64,000 nucleotides of DNA. Source: Octopus vulgaris (lineage: Eukaryota). Numbering within the stretch: the first letter of the stretch is position 1; each line of letters begins with the position of its first letter. The position numbers and the translations under genes were made by a program. The stretch is taken from contig OX597825.1 of the NCBI GenBank assembly GCA_951406725.2, positions 13,330,001-13,394,000 of the forward strand, given 5' to 3'. The notes under the pieces are model-generated. The model was not told the DNA's origin, ran no database searches, and worked only from the letters and a program-made list of their open reading frames with translations. Shown here piece after piece: positions 1 through 15,279 of the stretch.

Positions 1-32
1 CAGATTGAGTCGATTATATCCTAGATTCTCAT

Positions 33-505
33 GTACACACGCATAAACATACATGCATATATATGTATTATGTATGTATCTATGTATTTATGTTTGTATG
101 TATCTATGCATGTATGTATGTATGTTTGCATGTAAGTATGTTTGTATGTTTGTATGTATATATGTATGGATCATGTTCGTATGTATGAGTTCATGTATGT
201 ATGTATATATGTATTATATATGTATTATATATGTATTTATGTATGTTTAATTGTATGTATTATGTATCATGCATATATGCATATATGCATGTATCTACGC
301 ACGTTTGTCGTACACATGTACGTACGCTTGTATTTATGTATTTATGCATATGTCTATGCTTGCACGACAGATGTATATTTCTATATACGCATGTATGCAC
401 GTTTTTATGCATGTACTGCATATGCAAGTACGCACGTATATATGTACGTGCGCGTGTATCAATGCTTGTACTATGTATGTATGCTCGTATGTACGTATGT
501 ATATA
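33..505. repeat. Degenerate (TATG)/(TA)/(TG) compound microsatellite
   Basis: Directly visible. It produces the MYVC/YIHT pseudo-ORFs. Confidence 0.95.
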
Positions 506-847
506 ATGGAATTGTAAAGATGTGTATAAATAGATTCTACAGATTTGAGAGTAAAGCAAAGATAAGAGAAATATGTCAAGACGGTGGCGTTAAATTAATA
601 AAGAGGGGGGTTTCGGATACGGGATTTTTGGCTGACAAGAATTCTTTATGGGACTGTCATAATATAACGATATAAATGCGCATAAAAAACATTAATATGA
701 AAGCAATAGATGGGTTTATGTACGAAAATGCTTATTATAAACTGCGCGGTTTTCTACAGAAGATTTAACTGGGGACGTTAAAACGTCAAACGATATATGA
801 AGAGGAACTAAACGAAACTTTGGCATCTTTTAAGCATTTTTTCGTCC

Positions 848-1192
848 GCTTTTACTTGTTTCGGTGTTTGGACTGCGGCCATGCTGAGGCATCGCCTCGA
901 ATGGTTTTAGTTGAACAAATCGACCCCCAATAATTCTCTTTCGTTTTAAGTTTGATTTTTAGTCTATCGGACCTTTACGCCGAACTGCTAAGTTACGGAG
1001 GGCAAAAACTGGCACCTCGTCGGTTACGACGAAAAGCGTTCCAGTTGATCCAATCAACGCGGCAGCCTGCTCGTGAAATTAGGGTGCAAAATGGCTGAGC
1101 ACTCTACAAGCACGCGTACCTTTAACATAGTTCTCAGGGAGATTCAGCATGACACAGAGTATGACTAGGCTGGGCCTTTGAAATACAGGTAT
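848..1192 (-). mobile_element. Two adjacent SINE 3' fragments (family A tail ~848-1000; family C tail ~1015-1192)
   Basis: Matches gactgcggccatgctg and the ...acgcgtacctttaacatagttctc...gaaatacaggt segment seen in fuller copies elsewhere in the window. Confidence 0.75.
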
Positions 1193-1487
1193 AAGATACA
1201 GTTACATAGAAAAAACACCCCGGTACCTAATAAGCTAAGTTGAGCAAATACAACAAGCTTTCAAAACGCTAAAAACATTTTTACCTGAATATTCACAGCT
1301 GAAATTGGGGTGCGTCTAACAAGCCATCCAAGCCATTTCCTTCCTCCTTTCACATAACATGTCCACAACCGTGTCTCAGTGGCTGTTATCAGATTTCAGA
1401 GGTATTTCACACCGCCTGCCGAAATCCAGAACGAGTAGGAACTAAATCCACAGCTATCTCTAGCCCACTATCACACACACACACACG

Positions 1488-1541
<54 letters not shown>

Positions 1542-1859
1542 CGAACACACACACACACACACAGAGGAAGAGTTCAGCACGTTACTGCCGGAAAGCCATG
1601 CACATCTGCTTGTAATCCCTGTGCTCACGGCCGTCTCGGTCCGTCAATCACAATAACTACAGGCTCAGGCGATGGACACACTTATGGCTGGCAAAATAAA
1701 CTGAGTTGGAACGTGACAGTTATATTTCATATATAATAGTGATATATGTACCTTTTGTTTACACGTCTCACTATCTATGTTGTCTGGTCGATAAAAATAT
1801 TGGCTTGCTGTCTAGTCAAATAAAATCAATACGTATACAGACGTATGCCACAGTCAGTG

Positions 1860-2023
1860 TCTATGAGTGTGCGAGTGTGTGTGTGTGTTTTTGTGTGTGT
1901 ATGTGTGTGTGTGTGCGTGTGTGTGTGCGTGTGTGTGTGTACGTACGTGAGTGTCTGCAACCGGAGGTGGCATATATGCGTGATACTTTGTTTTTAATTT
2001 TTCGTCGTGTGCATATATATAGG

Positions 2024-2057
<34 letters not shown>

Positions 2058-2165
2058 TGTATGTATGTATGTATGTATGTATGTATGCATGCATGTATGT
2101 ATGTATGTATGTATGTATGTATGTATGCATGTATGTATGTCCGTATCTATCTATCTATCTATCTA

Positions 2166-2205
<40 letters not shown>

Positions 2206-2275
2206 GACAGATAAATACACATCTATATGTGCGTACAAACATATATATATATATATAAATATATAGATAGATTGT

Positions 2276-2310
<35 letters not shown>

Positions 2311-2466
2311 GGAGAGAAAGATAGATAGATATGCACATATATACATACATATATATATACACACCCACATACACACATACGTTTATTTGTATATATATAC
2401 GAGTCTTTGCAGGTACATAGGTAAGTTGATGAGTGCAAGTATATATCTCGGTGTATGAGTGCGGCT

Positions 2467-2502
<36 letters not shown>

Positions 2503-2520
2503 ACATACACACATACACAT
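1860..2520. repeat. Compound microsatellite (TG)/(TATG)/(TCTA)/(TA)/(GA)/(CA)
   Basis: Directly visible. A further (CA)n run lies at 1472-1563. Confidence 0.95.
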
Positions 2521-2882
2521 CTATGAGCGTGTAGCTATCATACTTTTCCTCTGTTCTTCCGATCTTTTCCGGCTTCACATTCAAGCGTGTACGTGTGTCT
2601 AGCCGACTGTCTATTCACCCGAACGAATATTTACGTATATATAAAAACATATACACGTGTGAATATATAATTGCATACATGCAGTTTTAAACCTATGTAT
2701 CTGTATGTGCGTGTATGTATGTGTGTATGCGTGTGTGTGAATGTGTGTGTGTGTGCGTATATATTTTATGTGAGTGTACATGTGTGATGAATCTGTAAAA
2801 GAAAACAGGAAATTTGAAGAAAGTTCTGGAAGATGACAAAGAATGAAGAAACTTGTATAGATAACTAAGACTTATATTGTCA

Positions 2883-2916
<34 letters not shown>

Positions 2917-3439
2917 GATACACGGCAAAGAAATTTGTGCTTCCTTCCACTTAATTGGGTGTTTTTCTTTTTCGTTTTACTTGATGTCTCTCACAGTCCA
3001 GTGTTGCCAATTTTTTCGACCGGTTTACGTCAAGGTGTTAATATTACTGTCAAGAAACGGCGGCATATAGTTATCTATGTATCATACCAAATGTATATAC
3101 ACAGTTTGTAGGCTAGTTACTGCGGTATTTGTTCCTGAGATAACATCACTTGTAGACGTGCTTTGTTAGAAATACAATGAATACAGCGAGACATAGGTGG
3201 AAAAAAAAACCCAGAAAGATTCAGAGAGGAAAATTTATCCTAACGAGGACATGCTAGTGAAGGTGTTGTTGTGGTGACGACGGTGGTTGTGACGATTGAA
3301 GTGGTGGTGGTGGTGGCTGTGCTGACAGTGGCGGTGGTGATGGTGTCAATAGTGGTGGCCGTGTGGATCGGTGTTGGTGATGGTGATGATAGTAGCAGTA
3401 TCATTAAAGGTGATAGTGGAAGTTGGTAAGGGTGGAGGT

Positions 3440-4360
3440 GAACCAAGAGATATATATGAAGTCTACCACTTCAAGGGCAGGATCCTCTCTCCTATGCTCT
3501 TCGACACTTGTTCCAGTCCAACCAAATTTCGCAGACCTGACTTTCTTTGATCGAATTGAAGCCACGTTAGAGGACATCCAAAATGTCTGCGGAGTGTCAA
3601 CGGCCCTGACTCCGTGTCGTTTTGCGAAGAAACTCTTAGCTAAGCAGCTATGATTTTGCATTTGTTGTAGCAGTTGTTTCACACCATCCATCAATCCATC
3701 TCTCCATCTCCTCCGCTCGCTTTTCCGTAAGTCGGTCTTAGTTATAAAATCCTGAGGCCCAGCTTCCATAGGTTCATATGAGAAGCAACCATCACTACAC
3801 TTTCCGGATGGATTTCCCAAGCGGGACCAATTGAAACCGTGGATATTATCCATCCATCGCGTGCTTGGTTTAACCCTAGATCTCCTGCCAGTTGACTCGT
3901 CTTGAGGAGTTCAAATTCCGCCGAGGTCGACTTTGCCTTTCATCATTTCGGGGTCGATAAATTAAGTACCAGTTACGCACTGGTGTCGATGTAATCGACT
4001 TAATCCGTTTGTCTGTCCTTGTTTGACCCCTCTGTGATTAGCCCCTTGTGGGTAATAAAGAAACAGGTCGACTCGTCTTGAAGAATCTGCCTTGCCATTC
4101 TTTCCTACAGCATTCTAATCACATATCTGTAATACCGGAGCTGAAGCCGCTCAATACGGATAGAAAGTGGTTCGACTTGGAGAAAACCACTGAATTACGT
4201 TAATCCAGAGATATTCCCAAGGAACACCATTTTGTCCACTTCTATTCGCGATCGTACTCTTTCGATCGTTATCCAACATTCACGATCATCGCTGAGAAGA
4301 AGCACAATCGAGATCTTATTTCATCTAAATAACATCATAACCATTCCAGCCATGCCCATC
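3440..4360 (-). mobile_element. Decayed RTE-clade LINE fragments, interrupted by a SINE
   Basis: Minus-strand conceptual translation gives ECWITIERVRSRIE..MVFLGNISG, VEPLSIRIERLQLRYYRYVIRM*ERMARQIL and GRRSRVKPSTRWMDNIH, which resemble RTE ORF C-terminal motifs. Contains stops and frameshifts. Confidence 0.75.
3906..4066 (+). mobile_element. 5'-truncated SINE family B with 15-bp TSD
   Basis: gagttcaaattccgccgaggtcgactttgcc...gtaataaagaaa, flanked by gttgactcgtcttga (3891-3905) and gtcgactcgtcttga (4067-4081). Confidence 0.9.
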
Positions 4361-4404
4361 TCACTGCATTTTTTTTTTCAACAATATCATAATCCTTACT
4401 ATTA

Positions 4405-4582
4405 TAGGCACAAGGCTTGAAACTTTAGGGGAAGGGTAAGTCCATTATATCAACGCCAGTGCTCAACTTGTACTTATTTCATCGACCCTGGGAAGACGAA
4501 CGGCAAAATCGACCTCGGCGGAATTCGAACTCAGAACTTGAAGACGGACGAAATGCTGCTAACCAATCTGCCAGCCCACTTC
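4405..4582 (-). mobile_element. SINE family B (alternative short tail)
   Basis: cgacctcggcggaattcgaactcagaac B-box region with the ggcacaagg tail. Confidence 0.8.
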
Positions 4583-4952
4583 CTTATTTCAATTATATTA
4601 TATATAATATCATAATTTGTCACTGACGCCATTCTCTGATGTGTCATTTCTTCTTGCAAAACGATAGTTAGCAATTTCAAGGAGATTCGGTTGCTATTTC
4701 TTGCAAATCGCTGAAGCAGAGACGGGGTTTTTATTATTGTTCTATTCAATTGTATTTACTGCCGTCTCGACTTAGCACTTCATTTAAATAGTCAGAGAAA
4801 AAGATTAAGAAATGTCTGCTCTTGACTAAAGATTTCTTTTACACTCAGACATTGCCGCGTCATTGCTTCAGCTGGTTGGAGTTGTAGCACAAAAGGCGGT
4901 CGGGACAGAAGCGCTACTTGTTATTTGATATTTGATTCATACAAGCATTCGT

Positions 4953-4983
4953 ACGTACATACATATATACATACATACATACA

Positions 4984-5017
<34 letters not shown>

Positions 5018-5424
5018 CATACATACATATGTACATAAATACATACATACATGCTACATAAACACATACATATATAAATACATACATAAATACATACATA
5101 CATACATACATACATACATACATACTACGTAAATACATACATACATAAATACATACATGCACGCATACATACATACACGCATACATACATAAATACATAA
5201 ATACATAAAAACATACATACATAAATACATACACGCATACATACAAACATACACACATAATACATAAATACATACATACATAAATACATACATGCATATA
5301 TACATAAATACATAAATACATACATAGATAATACATAAATACATACATACACGCATACATACATACAGACAGACAGACAGACATAAGTACAAACACACAA
5401 GTATTCATACATACACACACCCAC

Positions 5425-5455
<31 letters not shown>

Positions 5456-6150
5456 AATATATACATACATAAAGGTATACATACATACATACATACATAC
5501 ATACATACATACATACATACATACATACATACATACATACACGCATACATACATAAATTTATACATACATAAATATATACATACATAAATACATACATAC
5601 ATAAATACATACATACACGCATACATACATAAATACATACATACATAAATACATACATACATATATATATACATACATACATACATACATACATACATCC
5701 ATACATACACGCATACATACATAAATACATGCATACATACATACATACATACATACATATAAACATACATACATACATAATACACGCATACATACATACA
5801 CACATACATAAATACATCCATACAAACACACAGACATACATACACCCACACACCCATATACATACATTCACATATATAAATGCATACATACACAAATACA
5901 CACGCAAAGATACATACATAAACACATACATATACACATGCACAATACATACATACACACATATATACTCACATACACATATACATACACACACATACAT
6001 ATATCCATACAAATATATTCATACACATACATACACACATATACATACACACATACATAAACACACATACATACATACACGCACACATTTGTGTTAGCAT
6101 GTGTGTATATATATATATATGCGTGTGTGAGTGTATAACGTATGTGTGTG
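4953..6150. repeat. About 1.2 kb degenerate (CATA)n grading into (CA)/(TA)
   Basis: Directly visible. Confidence 0.97.
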
Positions 6151-6247
6151 CTTAGTATATAAAATTGTTTATTTATTGTATTTCCTGGATTATCTATTCA
6201 TAGTCGTTAAAGGTGTTTGTCTATGGTAATTCGAATAAGTCACATAT

Positions 6248-6512
6248 TGAACTCAGAACATAAAGACAGACAAAATACCTATTTCTTTACTACCCACAAG
6301 GGGCTAAACACAGAGAGGACAAACAAGGACAGACAAACGAATTAAGTCGATTACATCGACCCCAGTGCGTAACTGGTACTTAATTTATCGACCCCGAAAG
6401 GATGAAAGGCAAAGTCGACCTCGGCGGAATTTGAACTCTGAACGTAGCGACAGACGAAATACTGCTCAGCATTTCGACCGGCGTGCTAACGATTCAGCCA
6501 GCTCTCCGCCTT
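6248..6512 (-). mobile_element. SINE family B, full unit plus start of a second tandem unit
   Basis: Minus strand reads ggcggagagctggctgaatcgttagcacgcc...gttcaaattccgccgagg...gtagtaaagaaatag followed by gtatttt...gttctgagttcaa. Confidence 0.9.
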
Positions 6513-6787
6513 GTGGTACACAAATATTACGTAAAAATTAATGATATTTGGTATTAATACTGCCTCTGCCGTTAATATCTATTCATTAGTATTTTTGTGT
6601 CGCTCTGTGAATGTAATTCTTGGACCACCTGTCATGAAGTGAGGTGCCATAAGTCCAACCAACCGAAGCAATGACGCAGCCATGGCTGAGTGTAAAGGAA
6701 AATTTGCCAGGAGCAGACATTTCTTAATCTTTCTGCGTGACAATTCAACTTTTAGTATTTTATTCTATTGCATTTATTACCAGTGTT

Positions 6788-7168
6788 GGCGCAATGGCCC
6801 AGTGGTTAGGGCAGCGGACTCGCGGTCATAGGATCGCGGTTTCGATTCCCAGACCGGGCGTTGTGAGTGTTTATTGAGCGAAAACACCTAAAAGCTACAC
6901 GAGGCTCCGGCAGGGGATGGTGGTGATCCCTGCTGTACTCTTTCAGCACAACTTTCTCTCACTCTTACTTCCTGTTTCTGTTGTACCTGTATTTCAAGGG
7001 ACCGGCCTTGTCACTCTCTGTGTCACGCTGAATATCCCCGAGAACTACGTTAAGGGTGCACGTGTCTGTGGAGTGCTCAGCCACTTACACGTTAAATTCA
7101 CGAGCAGGCTGTTCCGTTGATTCGGATCAACCGGAACCCTCATCGTCGTAACCGACGGAGTGTTTCCA
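6788..7168 (+). mobile_element. Full-length tRNA-derived SINE family C with 11-bp TSD
   Basis: A-box tggcccagtgg, B-box-like gtttcgattcc, tail ending gacggagtgtttcca. catttattacc occurs at 6771-6781 and 7169-7179. Confidence 0.92.
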
Positions 7169-7409
7169 CATTTATTACCGAAACGGCAATAAATACAATG
7201 GAACACAATAGGAAGGGTCCTGTATCTGCTTCAGTAACATGCAAGAAATAGCAACCAAATCTCCTTGAAATTGTTATCAACTATTTTAGAAAAAATAAAT
7301 GAGGCATAAAGACACATACATACGTGCGTGCACGGACACACACACACACACACATACACAAAGACACACACTTATTCATTTTTAACTGTGGGATTCAAAA
7401 TAGATAGAG

Positions 7410-7628
7410 CAGTGCTTTTCAAACATTTTGCTGGAGCGGAACCCCAAGGAAACATTCCACTGGCTCGTGGAACCCCTGTGCAATAATTTAATAGTCTTAT
7501 GCACACATATCTGCACAGGAGAATTAAAAATTACTGCCGATTTTAGCAGTTTTGTAACTTATTGCGGAACCCCTGGACTGTACTGGCGGAACCCTAAGGT
7601 CCCGCGGAACCCTGGTTGAAAACCACTG
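7410..7628. mobile_element. hAT (Buster/Charlie-type) MITE, 219 bp
   Basis: TIRs cagtgcttttcaa / ttgaaaaccactg. Perfect 8-bp TSD agatagag (7402-7409, 7629-7636) with central TA. Internal ggaaccc repeats. Confidence 0.93.
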
Positions 7629-7869
7629 AGATAGAGCTATGTGTAACAGGATGCAAAATACTGAACTGAAAAAAACCCTTCGTAGATTAGATAAGTCGAA
7701 GACAGCCTAGGCATTATTTTACACGCTATTATTTATAGCTTTATCTACTTCGAGTTCCACAGTTAAAAACGAACAATTTCACATCTCACCGAAGTGTCTG
7801 AAATTCCTACGACATAAACCACACACACACAAGCACAAACACACACACAGAGGCACAGACACACACACA

Positions 7870-7914
<45 letters not shown>

Positions 7915-8471
7915 ACACACACACACACACACACACACAAGCACAAACTCACAGACACAGACACAGACACACACACACAAACACATATACGCACACATTG
8001 ATATTACTATTATATAATTGGTAAAGTTAACTAATGTTCTTCAAGTTTCTTGGTGGAAAGGGCAATTGTCAGACGGTGCGTCGACGAGGAAATGTCTTCA
8101 AAGTGATCATAACGATGCTACGGGGCTTTCTCTTTTTTGGCGGTCAGTTTCGAAAGACTTCTTTCGGTAGGATTCTGTTTCATATTATTGTTTATTTCTC
8201 TAGATCAATCAGCAATCTCTCACTTTGTAACGAACCAGACAGGAACTGCATAATATATATAATACTTAACACACACACACACACAAATGCACATATATAT
8301 ATATATACATATACATATGCACACACACACATATATATATATATAGTCAATAAAAATAAACAATATATTCGAATAAACGAATAATAAAATTAACAGACAA
8401 GAAGAAGACGTGCGCAAGGAATTTATGAGTTTGGCACTCTGTAAAAGGAAAGAGCTTTTAACGTTTCGAGC

Positions 8472-9210
<739 letters not shown>

Positions 9211-10058
9211 TGTAGCAACAGAAATATCTATATATATAGTGCGGAGTAAAACAATTGTCTTTTTCTTTAAATTGCTTTTTAATGATCGCTTTAAATTTAA
9301 ACAGAATGTTTTATTTCGACAGGAATGACTTTAGCTACCTTTCACAGTGTAAAATTGCAAGTTGGAATGACAAAAAAAATATAATATGGCAGCTGAAATT
9401 TTTCCTTCCCAGTGTAGATACCTGCTCCAACTCTATCGTCTGCTTTTGACCAGACAGTAATCAATTAGAAAAATAACCCACAGACACAGATACAGCCATC
9501 AACGAAGGCCGGTATAACAATCTAGTTATTACATTTTTGCAATAAAATACGGAGGAAATGACAATGGATCTGTCTTACTGAAATATTTTTAGGAAAAAAT
9601 GCCATTGTGCCAGCTGACCTACTTCGTAAGTCACGGAATTACAAAGGCGAAATTGTAAAAATCCTAATAAAACCGCCGAAGCATAACAAACGAAAATAAT
9701 TTGAAAAAACATTTTAAAATAGATGTCTATTGATTTCTTACATAGGCACAGGGCCGGACACAAGACCAGAGAACAGTCGATTGAACTGATGCATAGTTCT
9801 TAATTGGTCCTCAATTATATCGACCCAGACGACCGGAAGGCTTGATTTTAACTATAGTATTACGACATTATTGAATAACACAAAATATGTTTGACGCTTT
9901 TTTAATTCAATTCTTCCAATATGTCGTCCCTTAATTTTATTTGTTGTAATTTCTCATGTAGGAATGAGGCTATACATATACTGGATTGTCATGAAAATTC
10001 GTTCGTTTGTTACCCTTGTTTTTATTTTTTTAAAGTCCTAATTTTAATTTTTTTTTAA

Positions 10059-10497
10059 GGCGTAGGAGTTGCTGTGTGGTAATTAGCTTGCTTACGAACC
10101 ACATGGTTCTGGGTTCAGTCCCACTACGTGGCACCTTGGGCAAGTGTCTTCTACTATAGCCTCGGGCCGACCAAAGCCTTGTGAGTGGATTTGGTAGACG
10201 GAAACTGAAAGAAACCTGTCGTATATATGTATATATATATATATTGTATGTGTATGTGTATGTGAATATGTTTGTGTGTCTGTGTTTGTCCCCCTAGCAT
10301 TGCTTGACAACCGATGCTGGTGTGTTTACGTCCCCGTCACTTAGCGGTTCGGCAAAAAGAGACCGATAGAATAAGTACTGGGTTTACAAAGAATAAGTCC
10401 CGGGGTCGAGTTGCTCGATTAAAGGCGGTGCTCCAGCATGGCCACAGTCAAATGACTGAAACAAGTAAAAGAGTAAAAGAGTAAAAGAGTAAAGAGT
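10059..10497 (+). mobile_element. Full-length tRNA-derived SINE family A with internal (TA)/(TG) microsatellite
   Basis: ggcgtaggagttgctgtgtggtaa...gggttcagtccc head, gcaccttgggcaagtgtc body, (gtaaaaga)n tail. Confidence 0.92.
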
Positions 10498-11520
10498 ATA
10501 ATGTTATTGACTGAACACGAAAAATAATTTTATCGAAATGGTTTTTCTGTTACTGTCGTTGATATTGTTTTTCTAACTCTCTTTGTCTTTTCTCTACGAA
10601 TTTTCTTTAACGTTTTCGAAATTTGAATAAATTTTACGTCTTTTTTTATTCATATGACGATGGAGTGAGTGCAACAGCGAAACCAGAGAGCAGAAAAGAA
10701 TACATCTGACAATTCCATTAATTTTGAATAGGGAACAATCGTAGCAACTTCAATAATTGTTTTGATGCAGAAGGATTGAACGCAAAATTAACCTCAGTGG
10801 GGGTCAAACACAGATCATAAAGGAGCGGCAAAAGTTTTATCTACCAATCTCTGACTCTGCCAGTTAAAAGTCCTTGCCTTAGGCTTACACTTTGATTACA
10901 CTGATCCTTTAATTACATTAATCCTTTGATCAAAGGCGTGTTTATATCTTGGAGTAAGATATCACGTAGATTATGATATCAGAATGATTGAAAAATCCTA
11001 GAGCAGGTTAAAAATTTATTTTTAATTCACCTTTTTGAAAAACATTATTTTCAATTACTTTATTATCCAATTTGAGGAGTGAAATTCAAAATTTAATTAA
11101 AACAACGATAAAATATTAAATTAATTTATTGAAGGATTTTGCGGGAGAAAGAAATTATTTTCAATTATCCAAGATAGAAAGGAACCATTTTTCTATTATG
11201 AAAAATTAAAAACACAACAACATATTTTTAATTAATAATCATAAAAAATATTTCATTACAAAATTATGCTTTCCGAAATTATTTACGTTTAAAATAGATT
11301 TGTTTCTGAACATGAGTGATTTGCCAAAAGCCCTTTTACGTGCCTTCTGTAGTTTTGTTTCTGGTGCCATTCAAAATCTTTGTAGAAATTTTGGAATTTT
11401 GCAATTTGTATTATGTTTCGGATCAGAAATATTTTGTAAACAATTATTGTATCTTCCCCAGTTTCTTTCCCTTTCTAAGATACCATTTTTGCCTGAACCA
11501 GATTCATCATTTTAACTTTC

Positions 11521-11558
<38 letters not shown>

Positions 11559-11571
11559 CTCAAAATCTTTT

Positions 11572-11940
11572 CTAATCTAGGCACAAGGCTCGAAATTTGG
11601 GGTGGAGAGCCAGTCGATTAGATTGACACCAGTACGCAACTGGTAGTTAATTTATCGACCCCGAAAGGATGAAAGGCAAAGTCGACCTCGGCGAAGTTTC
11701 AACTCAGAACGTAGCGACGGCCGAAATACCTATTTCTTTACTACCCACAAGAGGTTAAACACAGAGAGGACAAACAAGGACAGACAAACGGATTAAATCG
11801 ATTATATCGACCCCAGTGCGTAAATGGTACTTATTTAATCGACCCCGAAAGGATGAAAGGCAAAGTCGACCTCGGCGGAATTTGAACTCAGAACGTAGCG
11901 GCAGACGAAATACAGCTAAGCATTTCGTCCAGCATGCAAA
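11572..11940 (-). mobile_element. SINE family B tandem dimer carrying two different tails
   Basis: Two copies of gaccccgaaaggatgaaaggcaaagtcgacctcggc joined at gaaatacctatttc. Confidence 0.9.
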
Positions 11941-12544
11941 CTATGATCTCCTCAACACCCATAACGCTGCCTGAGTAAAGTCACTTCCTAGATAACATAC
12001 TATAACCGAAAATGTTGCCCACACAGCCCTTGGCTCGACAATCAAATTGAAGCTGCCGATATCTCTTAGTGATATACTTAGTGATCTTGTATTTCCAACT
12101 ATATAATACATCGATCGCCTGTTGAACACCTGGATGGTATTGAACACAATTAAACAGGTTTAATTGCGAATACATTCAAACAAAATTATTACTGAGGGGT
12201 GGAAACTCTTTGAAAACAAATACATAGCTTCGCAATCTTGTTCCAAATCGTTTTGAAGCAGTTTCCAAAAACATAGACTATCGCCGACAAGGGCTTCGCA
12301 ATAGATTACGAAACTACAGGCTTTGCCTACAAGTATCAGAAGAGCTTATCTCACCTATCTGGTAATCAGCTGTTTTGAATTGCTGCCAACGGTGGAAATT
12401 CAAGATTGTCGTCTTCTACACACTTGAAATCCAAGACAGACCAATTCTAATGCACAACATCGAAGGCAACGCGCAAAATAAGAACCTCTTGATGACCACA
12501 GGTCGGAGGTAAGTGGTTTCCCTTACATCATAGCATAGAGTTGT

Positions 12545-12584
<40 letters not shown>

Positions 12585-12844
12585 GCGTAGAAAACACTTG
12601 CCGGAGATGTCACGCTGTGGGACTGAACCCAGAACCATGTGTTTCGGAACAAGCTTCTTACCTCAGTCACGTCTTCGCTTTTATCTAGCTATCTGTATGT
12701 ATGTATGTATGTATGTATGTATGTATGTATGTATGTATGTATGTTTGTATGCATGTATGCGTGTGTGTACACACACACACATACACACACACATATAAAT
12801 ATCATATATATATATTTACATATATATATATATGTATATATATA

Positions 12845-12908
<64 letters not shown>

Positions 12909-13980
12909 TATATATATGTATACATACACACACACACACACATAAATATATATATGTGTTAGATATTTAATCCGACAAAATATATTTAGGCGGACTAAGG
13001 GTTTTTTTTTTTATTACAGCCCCAGATTTACCTAAAAGTACTTATTTTATGTGACTGGACATAGTTTCTTTTGATCTTCTCATCCGCTGGAATGTGTGTG
13101 TGTGTATTTGTGTGTGTGTGTGTGGATTTGTGTTTAATTGTTCGGTTGTGCTTGTATGTATATGTAAAACAGCATTCACATTGTCTCTTTGGGTTATTTT
13201 AGTCTTCCTTTCCACCGAGTACATCTGACTAGGTTTGGTTGGGGGAGTAGCAAAGAGGAGCGTGTGTAACACATGTTCATTCACTGCTTAGCAATTGTAA
13301 GCCAAGACCGAGACACAACCGTCGTGTTTAGTTAGAAAAGTACTCGCGAATAATACTACTAATACTACTACTGCCGATGTATATACATACGAACGTGTAC
13401 AATATGCACCCACGCACGCAGGCACGCAAGACACACACTGAGAATATACGCATATGCTCATTCGCACACGTATGTGGTAAAGAGACGAGTTGATATATGA
13501 TATTTACTAAAGCGTAGATGTTGAATAATGAATAATGAATAATGAATAGTGAATAATGCAAGCAATTGTGAAACAAAGACATGCCAAGATGGAGACGTGA
13601 AAGGAATCTTGGTTGTGCGATTAACGCCTCTAGAGATTTCGAGAGAGGGACGCGAACATCTAATGGACATGTAAAAATAATAACGTTAATGCGAATGCAA
13701 GATGTATACATGCTTGTATGAGTTTAAGACAGCGTGTGTGTGGATATATGTGTATTCGTTTCTCTGTGAGTATATGTGTTTGTTAATGTGTGTGTGTGTG
13801 TGTGTGTGTAAAAATTTAACAAATTATTTTTTTCTGTCACCTCTAACATTCCCGTTATCTTTTTTGTGCATTATTGCTTTCAGCACATTTCTATTCCACT
13901 TCAAGCATTTGCCTGTCTGCTTGCATATGTGTGCATGTGTGTTGTGTATATGCGTGTATGTGTGTGTGTGAGTGTATATG

Positions 13981-14014
<34 letters not shown>

Positions 14015-14171
14015 AGTGTGTTTGCTAGAGGGTAAACATTTAAGAAAAAATTCGTTTCACACAAAAACATATGCATACGTGCGTATATACATATACGTGT
14101 GTGTGTGTGTGTGTATACACTTAATAGAATTGGTGTATGAATCTATGTATGTATGTATGCATGTATGTATG

Positions 14172-14267
<96 letters not shown>

Positions 14268-14276
14268 TAGATAGAT

Positions 14277-14348
<72 letters not shown>

Positions 14349-14388
14349 CTATAGATAGATGGATGGATAGATGGATAGATGGATAGAT

Positions 14389-14448
<60 letters not shown>

Positions 14449-14989
14449 TACGTATATACACACACACATATATATATATACATATACACACAAACATACA
14501 CATACATAAACATATATACACATATATACATATACATATAAACACACACATATACATATAAACACATATGTGTGTGTGTGTACGACATTCACATTCAAAT
14601 GCTTTTGGCTTTCGTTATATTTTCTCTCTCCCATAACGTGATCTCCTGGGAGTTGAATTATTTTTCTTCAAGTCGTATGGCTCTCCCTTTGCACATTTCC
14701 AACGTCACCATTTTGTCATTCCTGTCTGTCACTCGTGTTTGCATTATTTAGTTTTATACATTCTCTATGCACTTCTTTACACACTTGTGCATATGCGCTT
14801 AGTGTCAATATATAAAGGTATACCAATACGTCTGTATATGTGAGTGTAAGAGAGAGTGTGTGTGTTAGAAGGACTATTACTTTCTTATGCATATGTCGTT
14901 CGTAATGGCCGTCAACAACCGTAATGGCCGTTTACAACCACATTCCCAAACATGTTAGGTTGGTGGCCTTTCCACCTTTTTGTTTGTTC

Positions 14990-15279
14990 CTTCTCAATCC
15001 ATGCCTGGCTCATTGGGCCGGTTTCCCAGTTTCCTTGGCGTATAGGTTCTCCACCTGGACGAGACGCCGGTCCGTCGCAGATGAGCTGCAAGATGCAGGA
15101 GGAAAGAGTGAGAGAAAGTTGTGGCGAAAGAGTCAGCAGAAGTTCACCATTACCTTTCGCCGGAGCCGCGTGGAGCTTAGGTGTTTCGCTCATAAACACA
15201 CGCATCGCTCGGTCTGAGATTCGAACCCGCGATCCGTCGACCGCGAGTCCGCTACTCTAACCACTAGGCCATGTGCCTT
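14990..15279 (-). mobile_element. tRNA-derived SINE, family C head with a different tail
   Basis: Minus strand: ggcacatggcctagtggttagagtagcggactcgcggtc...ggttcgaatctc, then ctgcgacggaccggcgtctcgtccagg...gaaggaacaaacaaa. Confidence 0.85.

Noticed and set aside
4914-6097. MYVC/YIHT/IYLS/CVCV ORFs throughout the track
   Set aside because: These are translations of tetra- and dinucleotide microsatellites.
6788-6860. tRNA genes at SINE heads (also 54478-54552)
   Set aside because: A and B boxes are present, but acceptor stems do not pair and the sequences continue into SINE bodies.
12380-12514. Possible exon ending at gag|GTAAGT (12508/12509)
   Set aside because: No clear acceptor or recognisable peptide. 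The region looks more like a very old RTE 3' end, too decayed to call.
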